A stretch of 64,000 nt of DNA, from assembly GCA_964475205.1 (NCBI GenBank), contig CAYYVQ010000002.1, forward strand, positions 9,965 to 73,964. The letters are read 5' to 3'. The notes below the pieces were generated by a model. That model was not told the DNA's origin and made no database searches. It was given only the letters and a program-made list of their open reading frames with translations. Source of the DNA: an uncultured Victivallales bacterium (lineage in GTDB: Bacteria > Verrucomicrobiota > Kiritimatiellia > UBA8416 > CAYSRM01). Position numbers and translations under genes: made by a program. Below, piece after piece: positions 47,438 through 56,760 of the stretch. Each line of letters opens with the position of its first letter. Within the stretch, counting starts at the first letter, position 1.

Positions 47438-48160
47438 CTACATACTGTCTCTGTGTATATCATTTGCAGCAGGGTTGTCATCATCCTCTGTTTCAGGATC
47501 GCCCTTCGACCATAGCTCATAACTCAGGTAAGGCGGATCAGATTCATATTTTATGACCCGGTCCCACCCATCCAATATAGTGTCTACGTTATTCGTAAAA
47601 GGCTTTCCATCTTTGGTGTAATGCGTGGGGCCTTCCTTTGTGGTAATCACGCCGGTCATAAATTGGCTCCATCTTCCCTTGGCGCGCTTGTCCCGTGAAT
47701 TATCCCCTATCCATGCGCTGTCACTATTGTCCGGATTAACAAGATGAAGCGGATTCATGGTGTCTCTCTTCCTCGTATCCAGGAAGGCTACAAGTCCGTA
47801 CTCGAAGTTCAGCTCCTCGACATTCTCCTCCTCCGTAAAGTAATTATTATTCTCCCAATATGCCATGTAAGCCTCATTGGTATTCTCATACTGGTAGCAG
47901 ATCCGGCAGTCGTCGCCATGAAACGTGCACACACCCGGCTTAACCGGCGGATAAACGCCATACTCGCTTTTAAACTCTTCAAGCGCCCCGGCAACCCTGG
48001 TCAAGACTTCAACTGTTTTAGCCTTTTCCTCGCTCTTACCCGAAAGTCCAGAAAGCCTGAAAACAATTCCAGCCAGAATCGCAATCACCACCATGACAAC
48101 GAGCACTTCAATTAATGTAAAAGAACTGCGCCTCTCAGCTTTCATGCCACTCACCTCCAT
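47438..48160 (-). CDS. GspG-family pseudopilin paralogue (extended C-terminal)
   Basis: SSFTLIEVLVVMVVIAILAGIV...LEEFKSEYGVYP is the prepilin motif. Length is 240 aa. Confidence 0.6.
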   Translation of the reverse strand: MEVSGMKAERRSSFTLIEVLVVMVVIAILAGIVFRLSGLSGKSEEKAKTVEVLTRVAGALEEFKSEYGVYPPVKPGVCTFHGDDCRICYQYENTNEAYMAYWENNNYFTEEENVEELNFEYGLVAFLDTRKRDTMNPLHLVNPDNSDSAWIGDNSRDKRAKGRWSQFMTGVITTKEGPTHYTKDGKPFTNNVDTILDGWDRVIKYESDPPYLSYELWSKGDPETEDDDNPAANDIHRDSM

Positions 48161-48206
48161 GTAAATATTACCACTTATTCACTTTTGTGAAAAGGGAAAA
48201 CACTCA

Positions 48207-48400
48207 GCAATTCTCATTATAGCCATTTTGCCACGTTTGGCGTGGCCAGAGTTCCGGCACGATATTGCAGCCACGCGCGAGTAGGCCCGGCTTCACCGAA
48301 GCCGAGGCCCCAAGAGCGCTGGGCTTCGGTGAAGCCCGCGCTACTACGCACATCGTTATACAAATAGGTTTTGGCGGAAAGAGGCCGTAATGAGAATTGC
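48207..48400. mobile_element. 194-bp MITE-like element, copy B (intergenic between gspF and the first gspG paralogue)
   Basis: It is near-identical to 30875-31068, with a few substitutions inside the TIRs (atagcc versus atggcc, ggccgt versus ggccat). The spurious ORFs 30839-31021 and 48204-48410 encode the same peptide. Confidence 0.8.
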
Positions 48401-48409
48401 TGGAAAACA

Positions 48410-49693
48410 CTACCCCGCCATTGTGCTTACAACGTGAATCAGCGGAACAAACATGGCTATCACAATCGTGCCGACTATTCCAGCCAGCAGCACAATCATT
48501 ATTGGCTCAATAATTGATGTCAGCCCCTCAACGGCAGTGTCAACTTCATCTTCGTAGGTATCGGCAATTTTCAACAGCATTTCCGGCAAAGCGCCTGTTT
48601 CCTCGCCTACATCCACCATGCTGATGACCATCCCGGGGAAAACCCTGGAATGCTCCAGCGGTGTGGACATGTCTTCGCCTTCCTTGACATTGTCATGAAC
48701 AGCCTGTATTGCATCTGACAGTACCCGGTTGCCCGAAGTGTCTCTCACAATGTTCAGCGCCTGCAGGACAGGAACTCCGGAGGTCATCAACGTCCCCAGT
48801 GTGCGCGAAAATCGAGCCACCGCGCTTTTGGTGAAAAGCTGCCCGAACAGGGGCATTTTAAGCTTTATCTTGTCCACAATAAAACGTCCCCTGTCCGTAC
48901 GCGCAAGTATCTTGTATAAAAAGATAAAACCAACTATAAACCCTAGAAACACGTACCACTGCCGCGCAATAAAGTTGCTGATGGCAATTACAACCTCAGT
49001 CAGAATAGGCAGTCCCTCGTCACCCAGCAGATCATTGAATATTTCCTTGAACCTTGGGATGACATAAATCATAAGAAATGTCAGAATGCCTACAGCGGCA
49101 ACAAGAACCACTACGGGGTAAATCATTGCGCTCTTGATCTTGTTCTTGATCCTCTCAGCCTTTTCCATGAATTCGGCAAGCCTGTTAAGCACAACTTCAA
49201 GAACACCGCCGGCTTCTCCGGCCCTGACCATGTTGATAAACAGGTTGTCAAAAATCCTGGGATGCTGCTCCAGCGCCTCGGAAAAAGTGCTGCCGCCTTC
49301 AACCGACTCGCCCATTTCAGTCAGGGCCTTCCTCAAGGCGGAATTCTTTTCCTGCTTGAGAAGAATTCTAATTCCCCTTAACAACGGCAGTCCCGCATCA
49401 ACCAGGGTTGCCAGTTGCCGGGTAAAAATCATAAGCTGCTTGGCCTTCACCCTGGGACCAAGAAAACCCGGCAACTTGATCTCCATCTTCAGGCCTTGCC
49501 CCTGCTGCGCCGCAGCCTGACTCCCTCGACCGGAAGCAGCCTGTTTTCTTCTGCCCCCGATTTCACTTACCTTTGTCGGAAACAACCCCTTCGCGCGGAT
49601 CATGGCCACCGCCTGCGACTGATTATCCGCCTCAAGAACACCCTCGGTCTCATTGCCGCCCGAGTCCATTGCAAAAAACTTGAATCTAGCCAT
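48410..49693 (-). CDS. gspF: type II secretion / type IV pilus platform protein GspF/PilC family
   Basis: The N-terminus FKFFAMDSGGNETEGVLEADNQSQAVAMIRAKGLFP is followed by two T2SSF repeats with three TM segments. Length is 427 aa. Confidence 0.85.
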   Translation of the reverse strand: MARFKFFAMDSGGNETEGVLEADNQSQAVAMIRAKGLFPTKVSEIGGRRKQAASGRGSQAAAQQGQGLKMEIKLPGFLGPRVKAKQLMIFTRQLATLVDAGLPLLRGIRILLKQEKNSALRKALTEMGESVEGGSTFSEALEQHPRIFDNLFINMVRAGEAGGVLEVVLNRLAEFMEKAERIKNKIKSAMIYPVVVLVAAVGILTFLMIYVIPRFKEIFNDLLGDEGLPILTEVVIAISNFIARQWYVFLGFIVGFIFLYKILARTDRGRFIVDKIKLKMPLFGQLFTKSAVARFSRTLGTLMTSGVPVLQALNIVRDTSGNRVLSDAIQAVHDNVKEGEDMSTPLEHSRVFPGMVISMVDVGEETGALPEMLLKIADTYEDEVDTAVEGLTSIIEPIMIVLLAGIVGTIVIAMFVPLIHVVSTMAG

Positions 49694-49767
49694 TATAAAT
49701 CCCCCTTATGCTCATAAGTAATTTATCAATGGCAAACAGAAAAGGCAAACTGCAAATGCATCAGAGC

Positions 49768-49919
49768 TAGCCCGGAATGGCACTTAGATAAGCCCTTTTC
49801 AAAGCGTATAGTTTCACCGCGCGTCCTGTGTGTGAGTGTGTGAGTTTGTCAGGATGAGAGAGATCAATGCCCATCGTCAAATTCAATCCCAAACAGCGTT
49901 ATCTAAGCGCCATTCCGGG
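49768..49919. repeat. 152-bp element bounded by 22-bp inverted repeats in the gspF upstream region
   Basis: gcccggaatggcacttagataa at 49768-49790 pairs with ttatctaagcgccattccgggc at 49898-49919 with one mismatch. The interior contains gtgtgtgagtgtgtgag. Confidence 0.55.
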
Positions 49920-50092
49920 CCCGTGTCCTGTCCCATTATGAGCCTGGCGAAGCAGCAATTCTATGAGGTGTGCGGGCCAAAGACGAACAGTGAACACGCG
50001 CAGAGAACACGCTGATAATCATATGCTGGATCAATGAGAACCCTGGTCAAGGCGCCCCTGAACTTATATCTCTGGCTCAGGCATCCGCAGAT

Positions 50093-50497
50093 TTATTTGC
50101 CGCTCTCCAAAGGGGCTGTAGATGAGGGCTCTGAAAGAGGCGCCGACTCCGTCCATTCAAGAAGAACCATCTCGGAACCGTCGCTCATGCGCGAACCAAG
50201 TTTTAGAATTCTAGTGTATCCGCCGTTCCTTTCAGCGAAACGCGGAGCAATCTCATCCACAAGCTTTGCGGAACACCCTTTGTCTCTCAGCCGCGAAACG
50301 AGTAAACGCCTGGCATGAATGTTTCCCTTACGGGCTATGGTAACCATTTTCTCTGCCATGCTCCGGGCCTGCCTGGCCTTGCTTATAGTGGTCTTAACCC
50401 GGCCCCGTTTCACAAGATTGCATACAGTGGCGGATATCGCCATATCTCTATGCGCCGAACTTCTACCCAGTTTCTTGTCTCTGGTTCTATGCCGCAT
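50093..50497 (-). CDS. rplQ: 50S ribosomal protein L17
   Basis: MRHRTRDKKLGRSSAHRDMAI...RKGNIHARRL is present. Confidence 0.95.
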   Translation of the reverse strand: MRHRTRDKKLGRSSAHRDMAISATVCNLVKRGRVKTTISKARQARSMAEKMVTIARKGNIHARRLLVSRLRDKGCSAKLVDEIAPRFAERNGGYTRILKLGSRMSDGSEMVLLEWTESAPLSEPSSTAPLESGK

Positions 50498-50535
50498 TTT
50501 TCAGACTCCCTTGAAATCCTGTCCCTGTTAAAAGC

Positions 50536-51540
50536 CTATTCCGACTCAGGTTCCTGTTCGAGCAGCGAACTGTCAAGCTGCATGCCAAGCGAAAGCCCGA
50601 GGTCGGTAAGTTTAGCTTTGATCTCATTGAGCGATTTCTTACCAAAATTGCGGTATTTCAGCATTTCGGGCTCGCTCTTCTGCGCAAGCTCGCCGACAGT
50701 TGTTATATTCGCGTTATTCAGGCAGTTGGCAGCTCTCACGCTGAGTTCTATCTCGTTGACGCTCATATTGAGCTTCTTCCTGAGTTCTTCCCGTTCTGCG
50801 TCAACCTTCTTTTCTGTCTCCTCAAACTGTACGACCTGCCTGTCATAATCCACAAAAACGTCCAGATGACGCCTCAGGATTGCAGAACCCATCATCAAAG
50901 CATCGCCGGGGTCTATCCGCCCGTCGGTCCATACTTCAAGAATAAGTTTGTCGTAATCTGTTCTCTGCCCCACCCGGGTGTTCTCTGTTCTGAAATTGAC
51001 ACGCCTCACTGGTGAAAAAATCGCGTCAATTGGTATCCTTCCGATTTCCTGGTCTGGCTCCTTGTTCCACTCCGCAGGGCAGAATCCCCGGCCGGTCTTC
51101 ACTTCCAGATCCATCTCCAGCTTCCCATCAGCCGCAAGCGTCGCAATGTGGAGATCCGGATTCAGCACTTCCACGCCTCCACCCGATTCAATATCTCCGG
51201 CGGTAACCTCTCCAGGCCCCTTGACTTTCAAGCTCAGAATCTGGGGCTCGCGCACGTATGTCTTGAGAAGAACACCCTTAAGATTCAACACAATATCAGT
51301 TACATCTTCAACAACGCCGTCCAGTGAACAGAACTCGTGCTCCGCGCCTTCCATCCGCACCGACGTTATGGCAGCTCCTTCAATAGAAGACAAAAGCACT
51401 CTCCGCAGCGAATTGCCGATAGTTCTCCCGTAACCCACTTCAAAGGGCTCTGCGCTGAACATTGCGTATTTGTCCGTCGAATTCTCATCATCTTTTACAA
51501 CCCGCTTGGGCATCTCGAATCTGCTTAATCTTATAGGCAT
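50536..51540 (-). CDS. rpoA: DNA-directed RNA polymerase subunit alpha
   Basis: The N-terminal-domain motifs GYGRTIGNSLRRVLLSS and the alpha-CTD SVRAANCL are present. Length is 334 aa. Confidence 0.95.
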   Translation of the reverse strand: MPIRLSRFEMPKRVVKDDENSTDKYAMFSAEPFEVGYGRTIGNSLRRVLLSSIEGAAITSVRMEGAEHEFCSLDGVVEDVTDIVLNLKGVLLKTYVREPQILSLKVKGPGEVTAGDIESGGGVEVLNPDLHIATLAADGKLEMDLEVKTGRGFCPAEWNKEPDQEIGRIPIDAIFSPVRRVNFRTENTRVGQRTDYDKLILEVWTDGRIDPGDALMMGSAILRRHLDVFVDYDRQVVQFEETEKKVDAEREELRKKLNMSVNEIELSVRAANCLNNANITTVGELAQKSEPEMLKYRNFGKKSLNEIKAKLTDLGLSLGMQLDSSLLEQEPESE

Positions 51541-51595
51541 AGTTCCTATCCTTCCGTAATCACGAATGAACGGGATTAATCAATTCCAAAACCGC

Positions 51596-52225
51596 TTACT
51601 TGGAATAAAGTTCAACAACAAGCTGCTCATCAACAATCGGAGCTATTTCTTCCCGGTCCGGTATGCGCTCCACTTTTCCCGCGAGTGTTTTAGGATCCCT
51701 CAACAACCACGCCGGAACATCCCGCCCTTCAGCTGCTTCCAACCCCCTCTTTGCCATTTCTTTGCTCGAGGTTCTCTCCTTGATGGACACATTCGATCCT
51801 TCTTTCAGTATCATGGAAGGTATGTCGGTTTTGCGTCCGTCTACAAGAACATGGCCGTGCCGAACAAGCTGCCTTGCCGTGGCCCGCGAGGGGGCAAATC
51901 CCAGCCGGTACACAACATTGTCCAGGCGTGTTTCCAGCATCTGCAGCAACATCAGACCGGTTATGCCCTTCCGCTTCGCAACGCGCCTGAAGAATAACCT
52001 GAACTGGTTTTCCTGCAATCCGTAAAATCTCCGCAAGCGCTGTTTTTCTCTCAACTGCACACCGTAATCAGACGGCTTTCGCGAACGGCGCTGTCCGTGC
52101 ATGCCCGGCGCGGGCCTGCCCCTCTCTATCGGGCACTTGGCCATGCTGCACCGCGAACCCTTGAGAAAAAGCTTCATTCCTTCACGCCTGCACAGTCTGC
52201 AAGACGGTCCCGTGTATCTGCCCAT
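51596..52225 (-). CDS. rpsD: 30S ribosomal protein S4
   Basis: MGRYTGPSCRLCRREGMKLFLKG and the S4 domain are present. Confidence 0.95.
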   Translation of the reverse strand: MGRYTGPSCRLCRREGMKLFLKGSRCSMAKCPIERGRPAPGMHGQRRSRKPSDYGVQLREKQRLRRFYGLQENQFRLFFRRVAKRKGITGLMLLQMLETRLDNVVYRLGFAPSRATARQLVRHGHVLVDGRKTDIPSMILKEGSNVSIKERTSSKEMAKRGLEAAEGRDVPAWLLRDPKTLAGKVERIPDREEIAPIVDEQLVVELYSK

Positions 52226-52732
52226 TTATACTCTCCTGCGCTTTCTCGGCCTGCAGCCGTTATGTGGAATTCCAGTCACATCCTTAATTGAACTCACGTT
52301 CATCCCCACGCTCTGTAAAGCGCGTATCGCCGATTCCCGGCCTGATCCGGCGCCCTGGACTTTTACCTCCACCTCACGCATGCCCTTGGCCGCCGCTGCT
52401 CGCGCGGCATCCTGGCATACAATCGTCGCAGCGAATGCAGTGCTTTTTCTCGAACCCTTGAAACCAACCTTTCCGCCGCTGCTCCACGCCACCACATTGC
52501 CCTTTGTATCAGCAATGCTGACCTGCGTGTTGTTGAACGTGGCCTTGATATGCACAACGCCCGAGGAAGGCGCCATTCGCCGCTTCTTGCCTTTCCCTGC
52601 CTTTGCGGGCTCTTCAACGCTGACTTCGGCTTCAGCCACGTCCTCAGCGCTACCCTGCCCAGACTCTTCAGCAACCTTTTTTTCTTCAGCAACCTCGGCC
52701 GAACTCTGCTCGTTCTTTTCTTCGTCCGCCAT
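52226..52732 (-). CDS. rpsK: 30S ribosomal protein S11 with ~35-aa acidic N-terminal extension
   Basis: [20 protein letters not shown]...[14 protein letters not shown] is present, preceded by [24 protein letters not shown].... Confidence 0.9.
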   Translation of the reverse strand: MADEEKNEQSSAEVAEEKKVAEESGQGSAEDVAEAEVSVEEPAKAGKGKKRRMAPSSGVVHIKATFNNTQVSIADTKGNVVAWSSGGKVGFKGSRKSTAFAATIVCQDAARAAAAKGMREVEVKVQGAGSGRESAIRALQSVGMNVSSIKDVTGIPHNGCRPRKRRRV

Positions 52733-52755
52733 TAAGTTAATCTCCTCCCGGATCT

Positions 52756-53157
52756 CTACTTGCCCTGCTTAACCGCAGCGCGCGCTTCCTTGCCCCTGAC
52801 CGCGCCCACAGTTCTCTTAGGACCCTTCCTGGTTCTGGCATTCGTACTTGTTCTCTGCCCGCGCACCGGAAGACCGCGCCTGTGACGCAAGCCGCGGTAG
52901 CTCCCTATGCTTATCAAACGCCTTATATTCTGGCTGACCTCGCGCCTCAGGTCGCCTTCAACCCTGTAATTGGTCTGCACCACACCCATGAGCTTCCTTA
53001 GCTCTTCTGAACTCAGTTCATCGGACTTCTTCTCAGGATCCACGCCTGCCTCTCGAAGTATTTTTTGAGCCCTGGCCGGCCCCACACCGTGTATAGCGCG
53101 CAGACCATATTTCACTTTCTTGTTTCCTGCTATATCAACACCCAGAATTCTCGGCAT
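52756..53157 (-). CDS. rpsM: 30S ribosomal protein S13
   Basis: [26 protein letters not shown] is present. Confidence 0.95.
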   Translation of the reverse strand: MPRILGVDIAGNKKVKYGLRAIHGVGPARAQKILREAGVDPEKKSDELSSEELRKLMGVVQTNYRVEGDLRREVSQNIRRLISIGSYRGLRHRRGLPVRGQRTSTNARTRKGPKRTVGAVRGKEARAAVKQGK

Positions 53158-53184
53158 AGGTTACCTCTTTCCTTCCGGCATTCT

Positions 53185-53298
53185 TCAGCCCTGCCGCTGC
53201 TTATGACGGGGATTGGTGCAAATTACACGCACAACTCCCTTGCGACGGATGACTTTACAACTCTCACACATTCTTCTTACTGATGTCCGCACTTTCAT
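53185..53298 (-). CDS. rpmJ: 50S ribosomal protein L36
   Basis: The reverse-strand translation is [37 protein letters not shown]. It is absent from the supplied ORF track because it is shorter than 60 aa. Confidence 0.9.
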   Translation of the reverse strand: MKVRTSVRRMCESCKVIRRKGVVRVICTNPRHKQRQG

Positions 53299-53432
53299 AC
53301 ATAATCACCATTAATTCACAAAAAGCGGTAAGTATACCGCCCACAAAATACATTGTCCATATAAAAAGTGTCCACATTTGTTTTTTTTACGTGAAATCGA
53401 CACAACCTTACCAATTTCACAATCGCCCGCCT

Positions 53433-54194
53433 TCAGCGACTTCCAGTCAATATCTCTGCTTCTCCGTCTCCTACAGCTATTGTATGCTCAAAATGAGCCG
53501 ATGGCTTCCTGTCCCTGGTCAGCACCGTCCATCCATCCGAGAGCACTTCGACAGCGCCTTCACCCGCATTCAGCATAGGCTCCAGGGCCAGGGTCATCCC
53601 CTTTTTTAATTTCGGCCCTCTTCCCGGAGCGCCGAAATTCGGAATCTGCGGCTCCTCGTGCATCTTCCGGCCGATTCCATGACCCACAAAATCCTTTACA
53701 ACGGAAAAACCTCCGCCCAGCGCTACCTTCTCAATAGCATTCGAAATGTCTGACAGCCGCCCGCCGGCCTTCGCCTTACTGATCCCCGCATATAGGGCCT
53801 CCTCGGTTGTCCTCACCAGCCGTATAACTTCGCTGTCGATTACACCGACCATTACGGTCCTTGCTGTATCCCCTATGTAACCCCCGTATTCAACGCCTAC
53901 ATCCAGACTTACAATATCTCCGGCGGCAATGCGCTTACTCCCGGGAATTCCATGAACAACCGCTTCGTTAACCGAAACACATATATGTCCCGGATAGCCC
54001 ATGTATCCCAGAAACGCGCTTACTGCGCCAAAACCCCTGATAAGCTCATCGGCATATTCAGCAAGCTCTCCGGTGCTTACCCCCGGCGCAACCGCATCGG
54101 CAACCCTATCACGCACGGTGGCCGCAAGACGGCAGCTTTCCCTAATGCCTTTCAGCGCCCGCTCATCCTTTATAACTATTCCTCTTCTACTCAC
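53433..54194 (-). CDS. map: type I methionine aminopeptidase
   Basis: The MAP blocks CVSVNEAVVHGIP, GDIVSLDVG, GYIGDTARTV, FVGHGIG and LEPM are present. Confidence 0.9.
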   Translation of the reverse strand: MSRRGIVIKDERALKGIRESCRLAATVRDRVADAVAPGVSTGELAEYADELIRGFGAVSAFLGYMGYPGHICVSVNEAVVHGIPGSKRIAAGDIVSLDVGVEYGGYIGDTARTVMVGVIDSEVIRLVRTTEEALYAGISKAKAGGRLSDISNAIEKVALGGGFSVVKDFVGHGIGRKMHEEPQIPNFGAPGRGPKLKKGMTLALEPMLNAGEGAVEVLSDGWTVLTRDRKPSAHFEHTIAVGDGEAEILTGSR

Positions 54195-54218
54195 TCCTCT
54201 GACTCAACATCAGTCCAT

Positions 54219-54878
54219 TTATTCTTCCCGGCTCATTGAATCCACTATCTGACCGGCAGCCGCATCCGGATCCTGATCGGAATTAACACGATCGAGTTTG
54301 CCCTCAGACTCGTACCGGGAAATCAACCCTTTGGTCTGTTCATCGTAGACATCAAGACGATTTTCAATGGTCTCTTTCTTGTCATCGGGCCGCTGGTACA
54401 ATTCGCCGCCACATTCATCGCATATCCCTTCATGCTGTGGCGGACGGTTGACTACATGGTAATTACGCCCGCATTGCCGGCAAATCCGGCGTCCGGTTAA
54501 TCTTGATATCAACGTTTCCCGCGAAACCTCGAGCAGAAATACCCTGGAAATTTTACCGTCTCTTTCACCAACGCTCTTATCAAGCAGTTCAGCCTGCTGC
54601 GCAGTCCTTGGATAACCATCAAAAAGAAAGCGCCCGCTGCCGCTGCCTGAATCCAGGCGATCCTCCACAAGTTCAGCAATAACAGAATCAGGAACCAGTT
54701 CCCCGCTCTTCATGTAGCCTTCGGCCTTTTTGCCGGTCTCTGTCCCCCTCTTCACAGCATCGCGCAACATGTCGCCTGTAGCGACATGTTCATACCCGGT
54801 CTTATCCCTTACAATCTCCGCAAGCGTCCCTTTTCCCGCGCCCGGCGGACCAAGTAAAATCACAATATCCATATACAA
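54219..54878 (-). CDS. adk: adenylate kinase (zinc-binding LID)
   Basis: ILLGPPGAGKGT and the LID CRQCGRNYH...CDECGGEL are present. Confidence 0.95.
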   Translation of the reverse strand: MYMDIVILLGPPGAGKGTLAEIVRDKTGYEHVATGDMLRDAVKRGTETGKKAEGYMKSGELVPDSVIAELVEDRLDSGSGSGRFLFDGYPRTAQQAELLDKSVGERDGKISRVFLLEVSRETLISRLTGRRICRQCGRNYHVVNRPPQHEGICDECGGELYQRPDDKKETIENRLDVYDEQTKGLISRYESEGKLDRVNSDQDPDAAAGQIVDSMSREE

Positions 54879-54917
54879 TAGCTCCCCTCGATTTTTTGCC
54901 CTGAATCGGCAGTCCGC

Positions 54918-56270
54918 CTAACGACGGCGCCCCCGCAATTTGCCCTTCCTCAGAAACCCGTCATAATGCCGCATCAACAGGTGCGATTCGATCTGCCTCA
55001 TTGTGTCAAGCATAACACCTACAATGATCAGGAGACTGGTGCCGCCAAAGAAAGAAGCAACCAGCCATGGTATTCCAAACTGCTTGGCCACTATAGATGG
55101 CAGCACTGCAATAATGGTAAGAGATATGGCGCCTACCAGGGTGATTCGGGTCATCGTCTTGTCAAGAAACTCGGCTGTGGGGCGTCCCGGCCTTATCCCC
55201 GGAATATATCCTCCGTTTTTCTTCAGGTCGTCGGCAATTTGTATAGGGTTAAACTGTGTGGCAACCCAGAAATACGAGAAAAACAAAATCATCGCGGCGT
55301 ATAGCACAAGATAAAGCGGCTCGCCCATCATAAGCGCTTCACCAAGACCCTTGGTGAGAGGTATCTTCTCCAGGATCTTGGATGGAAACTGAAGCATGAC
55401 GCTTGCAAAGATAATCGGCATAACACCGGAATAATTTACGCGCAAAGGCATGTACGTGCTTTGCCCACCGTATACTTTCCTGCCCACGACCCGTTTTGTA
55501 GTATGAATAGGAACCCTGCGCTGCCCCTGCGTCAGCATCACCGTACCGGCAATCACAACCAGCATCATTGCCGCCATCAGGATAAGATCAAAAATGTTCA
55601 GCGTAGCGGTCAATCCCTCTCCACCGGTTACAAGACCGGCGGTAACAAAAAGGGCTTCAGGCAACCTGCTTACAATGTTTATGGTAATAACCAGAGAAAT
55701 CCCGTTGCCTATGCCCCTGTCGGTTATCTGCTCGCCCAGCCACATCATCATCATGGTTCCAGTGGTCATTGCCAGGACCGTCATAAGCCGAAAACCAAGA
55801 CCGGGGTTGGCTACCAGCGGCTCCGTTATGCTTGCGTCAATGTTATGCAGGTTCTCTACCAGGGTAGCGAGCACATAGCCCTGAATAATGCAGATGCCGA
55901 GAGTTAAGTATCGTGTATACTGACCCAGTTTCTGCCTCCCGGTATCGCCCTCTCGCGCCAGGCGTTCCAATGCAGGCACCACCGCTGTCAGCAACTGCAG
56001 GATGATAGAAGCGCTGATATACGGCATGATCCCGAGAGCTCCGACCGCACACTGACTCAACGCGCCGCCACTGAAAAGCTCCAGAAATCCAAGAAACCCG
56101 CCTCCGACCTGGCTTTCAATCTCACTGATGATCCTCTGTAACGCCGCTGTATCAATCCCCGGAGCCGGAACCGTCGCTACAAGGCGGCATAAGAAAATCA
56201 TACCCAGCGTGAACATTATTTTGCGCCGAAGTTCAGGTATTTTTAAAGAATTTGCAAAGGCAGAAAACAT
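54918..56270 (-). CDS. secY: preprotein translocase subunit SecY
   Basis: A 450-aa polytopic membrane protein in the canonical position between rplO and adk. The SecY blocks GIMPYISASIILQLL are present. Confidence 0.95.
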   Translation of the reverse strand: MFSAFANSLKIPELRRKIMFTLGMIFLCRLVATVPAPGIDTAALQRIISEIESQVGGGFLGFLELFSGGALSQCAVGALGIMPYISASIILQLLTAVVPALERLAREGDTGRQKLGQYTRYLTLGICIIQGYVLATLVENLHNIDASITEPLVANPGLGFRLMTVLAMTTGTMMMMWLGEQITDRGIGNGISLVITINIVSRLPEALFVTAGLVTGGEGLTATLNIFDLILMAAMMLVVIAGTVMLTQGQRRVPIHTTKRVVGRKVYGGQSTYMPLRVNYSGVMPIIFASVMLQFPSKILEKIPLTKGLGEALMMGEPLYLVLYAAMILFFSYFWVATQFNPIQIADDLKKNGGYIPGIRPGRPTAEFLDKTMTRITLVGAISLTIIAVLPSIVAKQFGIPWLVASFFGGTSLLIIVGVMLDTMRQIESHLLMRHYDGFLRKGKLRGRRR

Positions 56271-56272
56271 GG

Positions 56273-56719
56273 CTAATTCTTCACAACTTCCGCTGATCCA
56301 CCCGCGTCTTCAATCTTCGCTTTTGCAGCAGCGCTGAACTGCTGCGCCCTTACCATGAGCTTCTTATCCAGGCTCCCGCGTCCAAGGATTTTGATCCCGT
56401 CGGCATTGCCTTTCGCCAGCCCCAGATCCCGAAGGTCCTTAACAGAAACTTCAGCGCCTTCATCAAAAACGGTAAGATCCCCTACATTCACTGCAATGTA
56501 GCTGTGTTGAGGTTTGTTGTGCGAGCCCCGCTTGGGAATTCGCCTCATCAAAGGCATCTGGCCGCCTTCAAACCCGGGTTTGTGCTTGTGGCCTTTCCTT
56601 GACATCTGGCCTTTTTGTCCGCGGCCGCAAGTCTTCCCTTTCCCTGAGGCTCTGCCCTTGCCGACACGTTTGCGCCGTGTCCTGGAACCCTTTGATTTCT
56701 CAAGAGAATACAATTCCAT
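56273..56719 (-). CDS. rplO: 50S ribosomal protein L15
   Basis: RKRVGKGRASGKGKTCGRGQKGQ is present. Confidence 0.95.
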   Translation of the reverse strand: MELYSLEKSKGSRTRRKRVGKGRASGKGKTCGRGQKGQMSRKGHKHKPGFEGGQMPLMRRIPKRGSHNKPQHSYIAVNVGDLTVFDEGAEVSVKDLRDLGLAKGNADGIKILGRGSLDKKLMVRAQQFSAAAKAKIEDAGGSAEVVKN

Positions 56720-56760
56720 CCTGATATCCCTCTCTCAAACTGTCGGTTATTGAAAAATCC

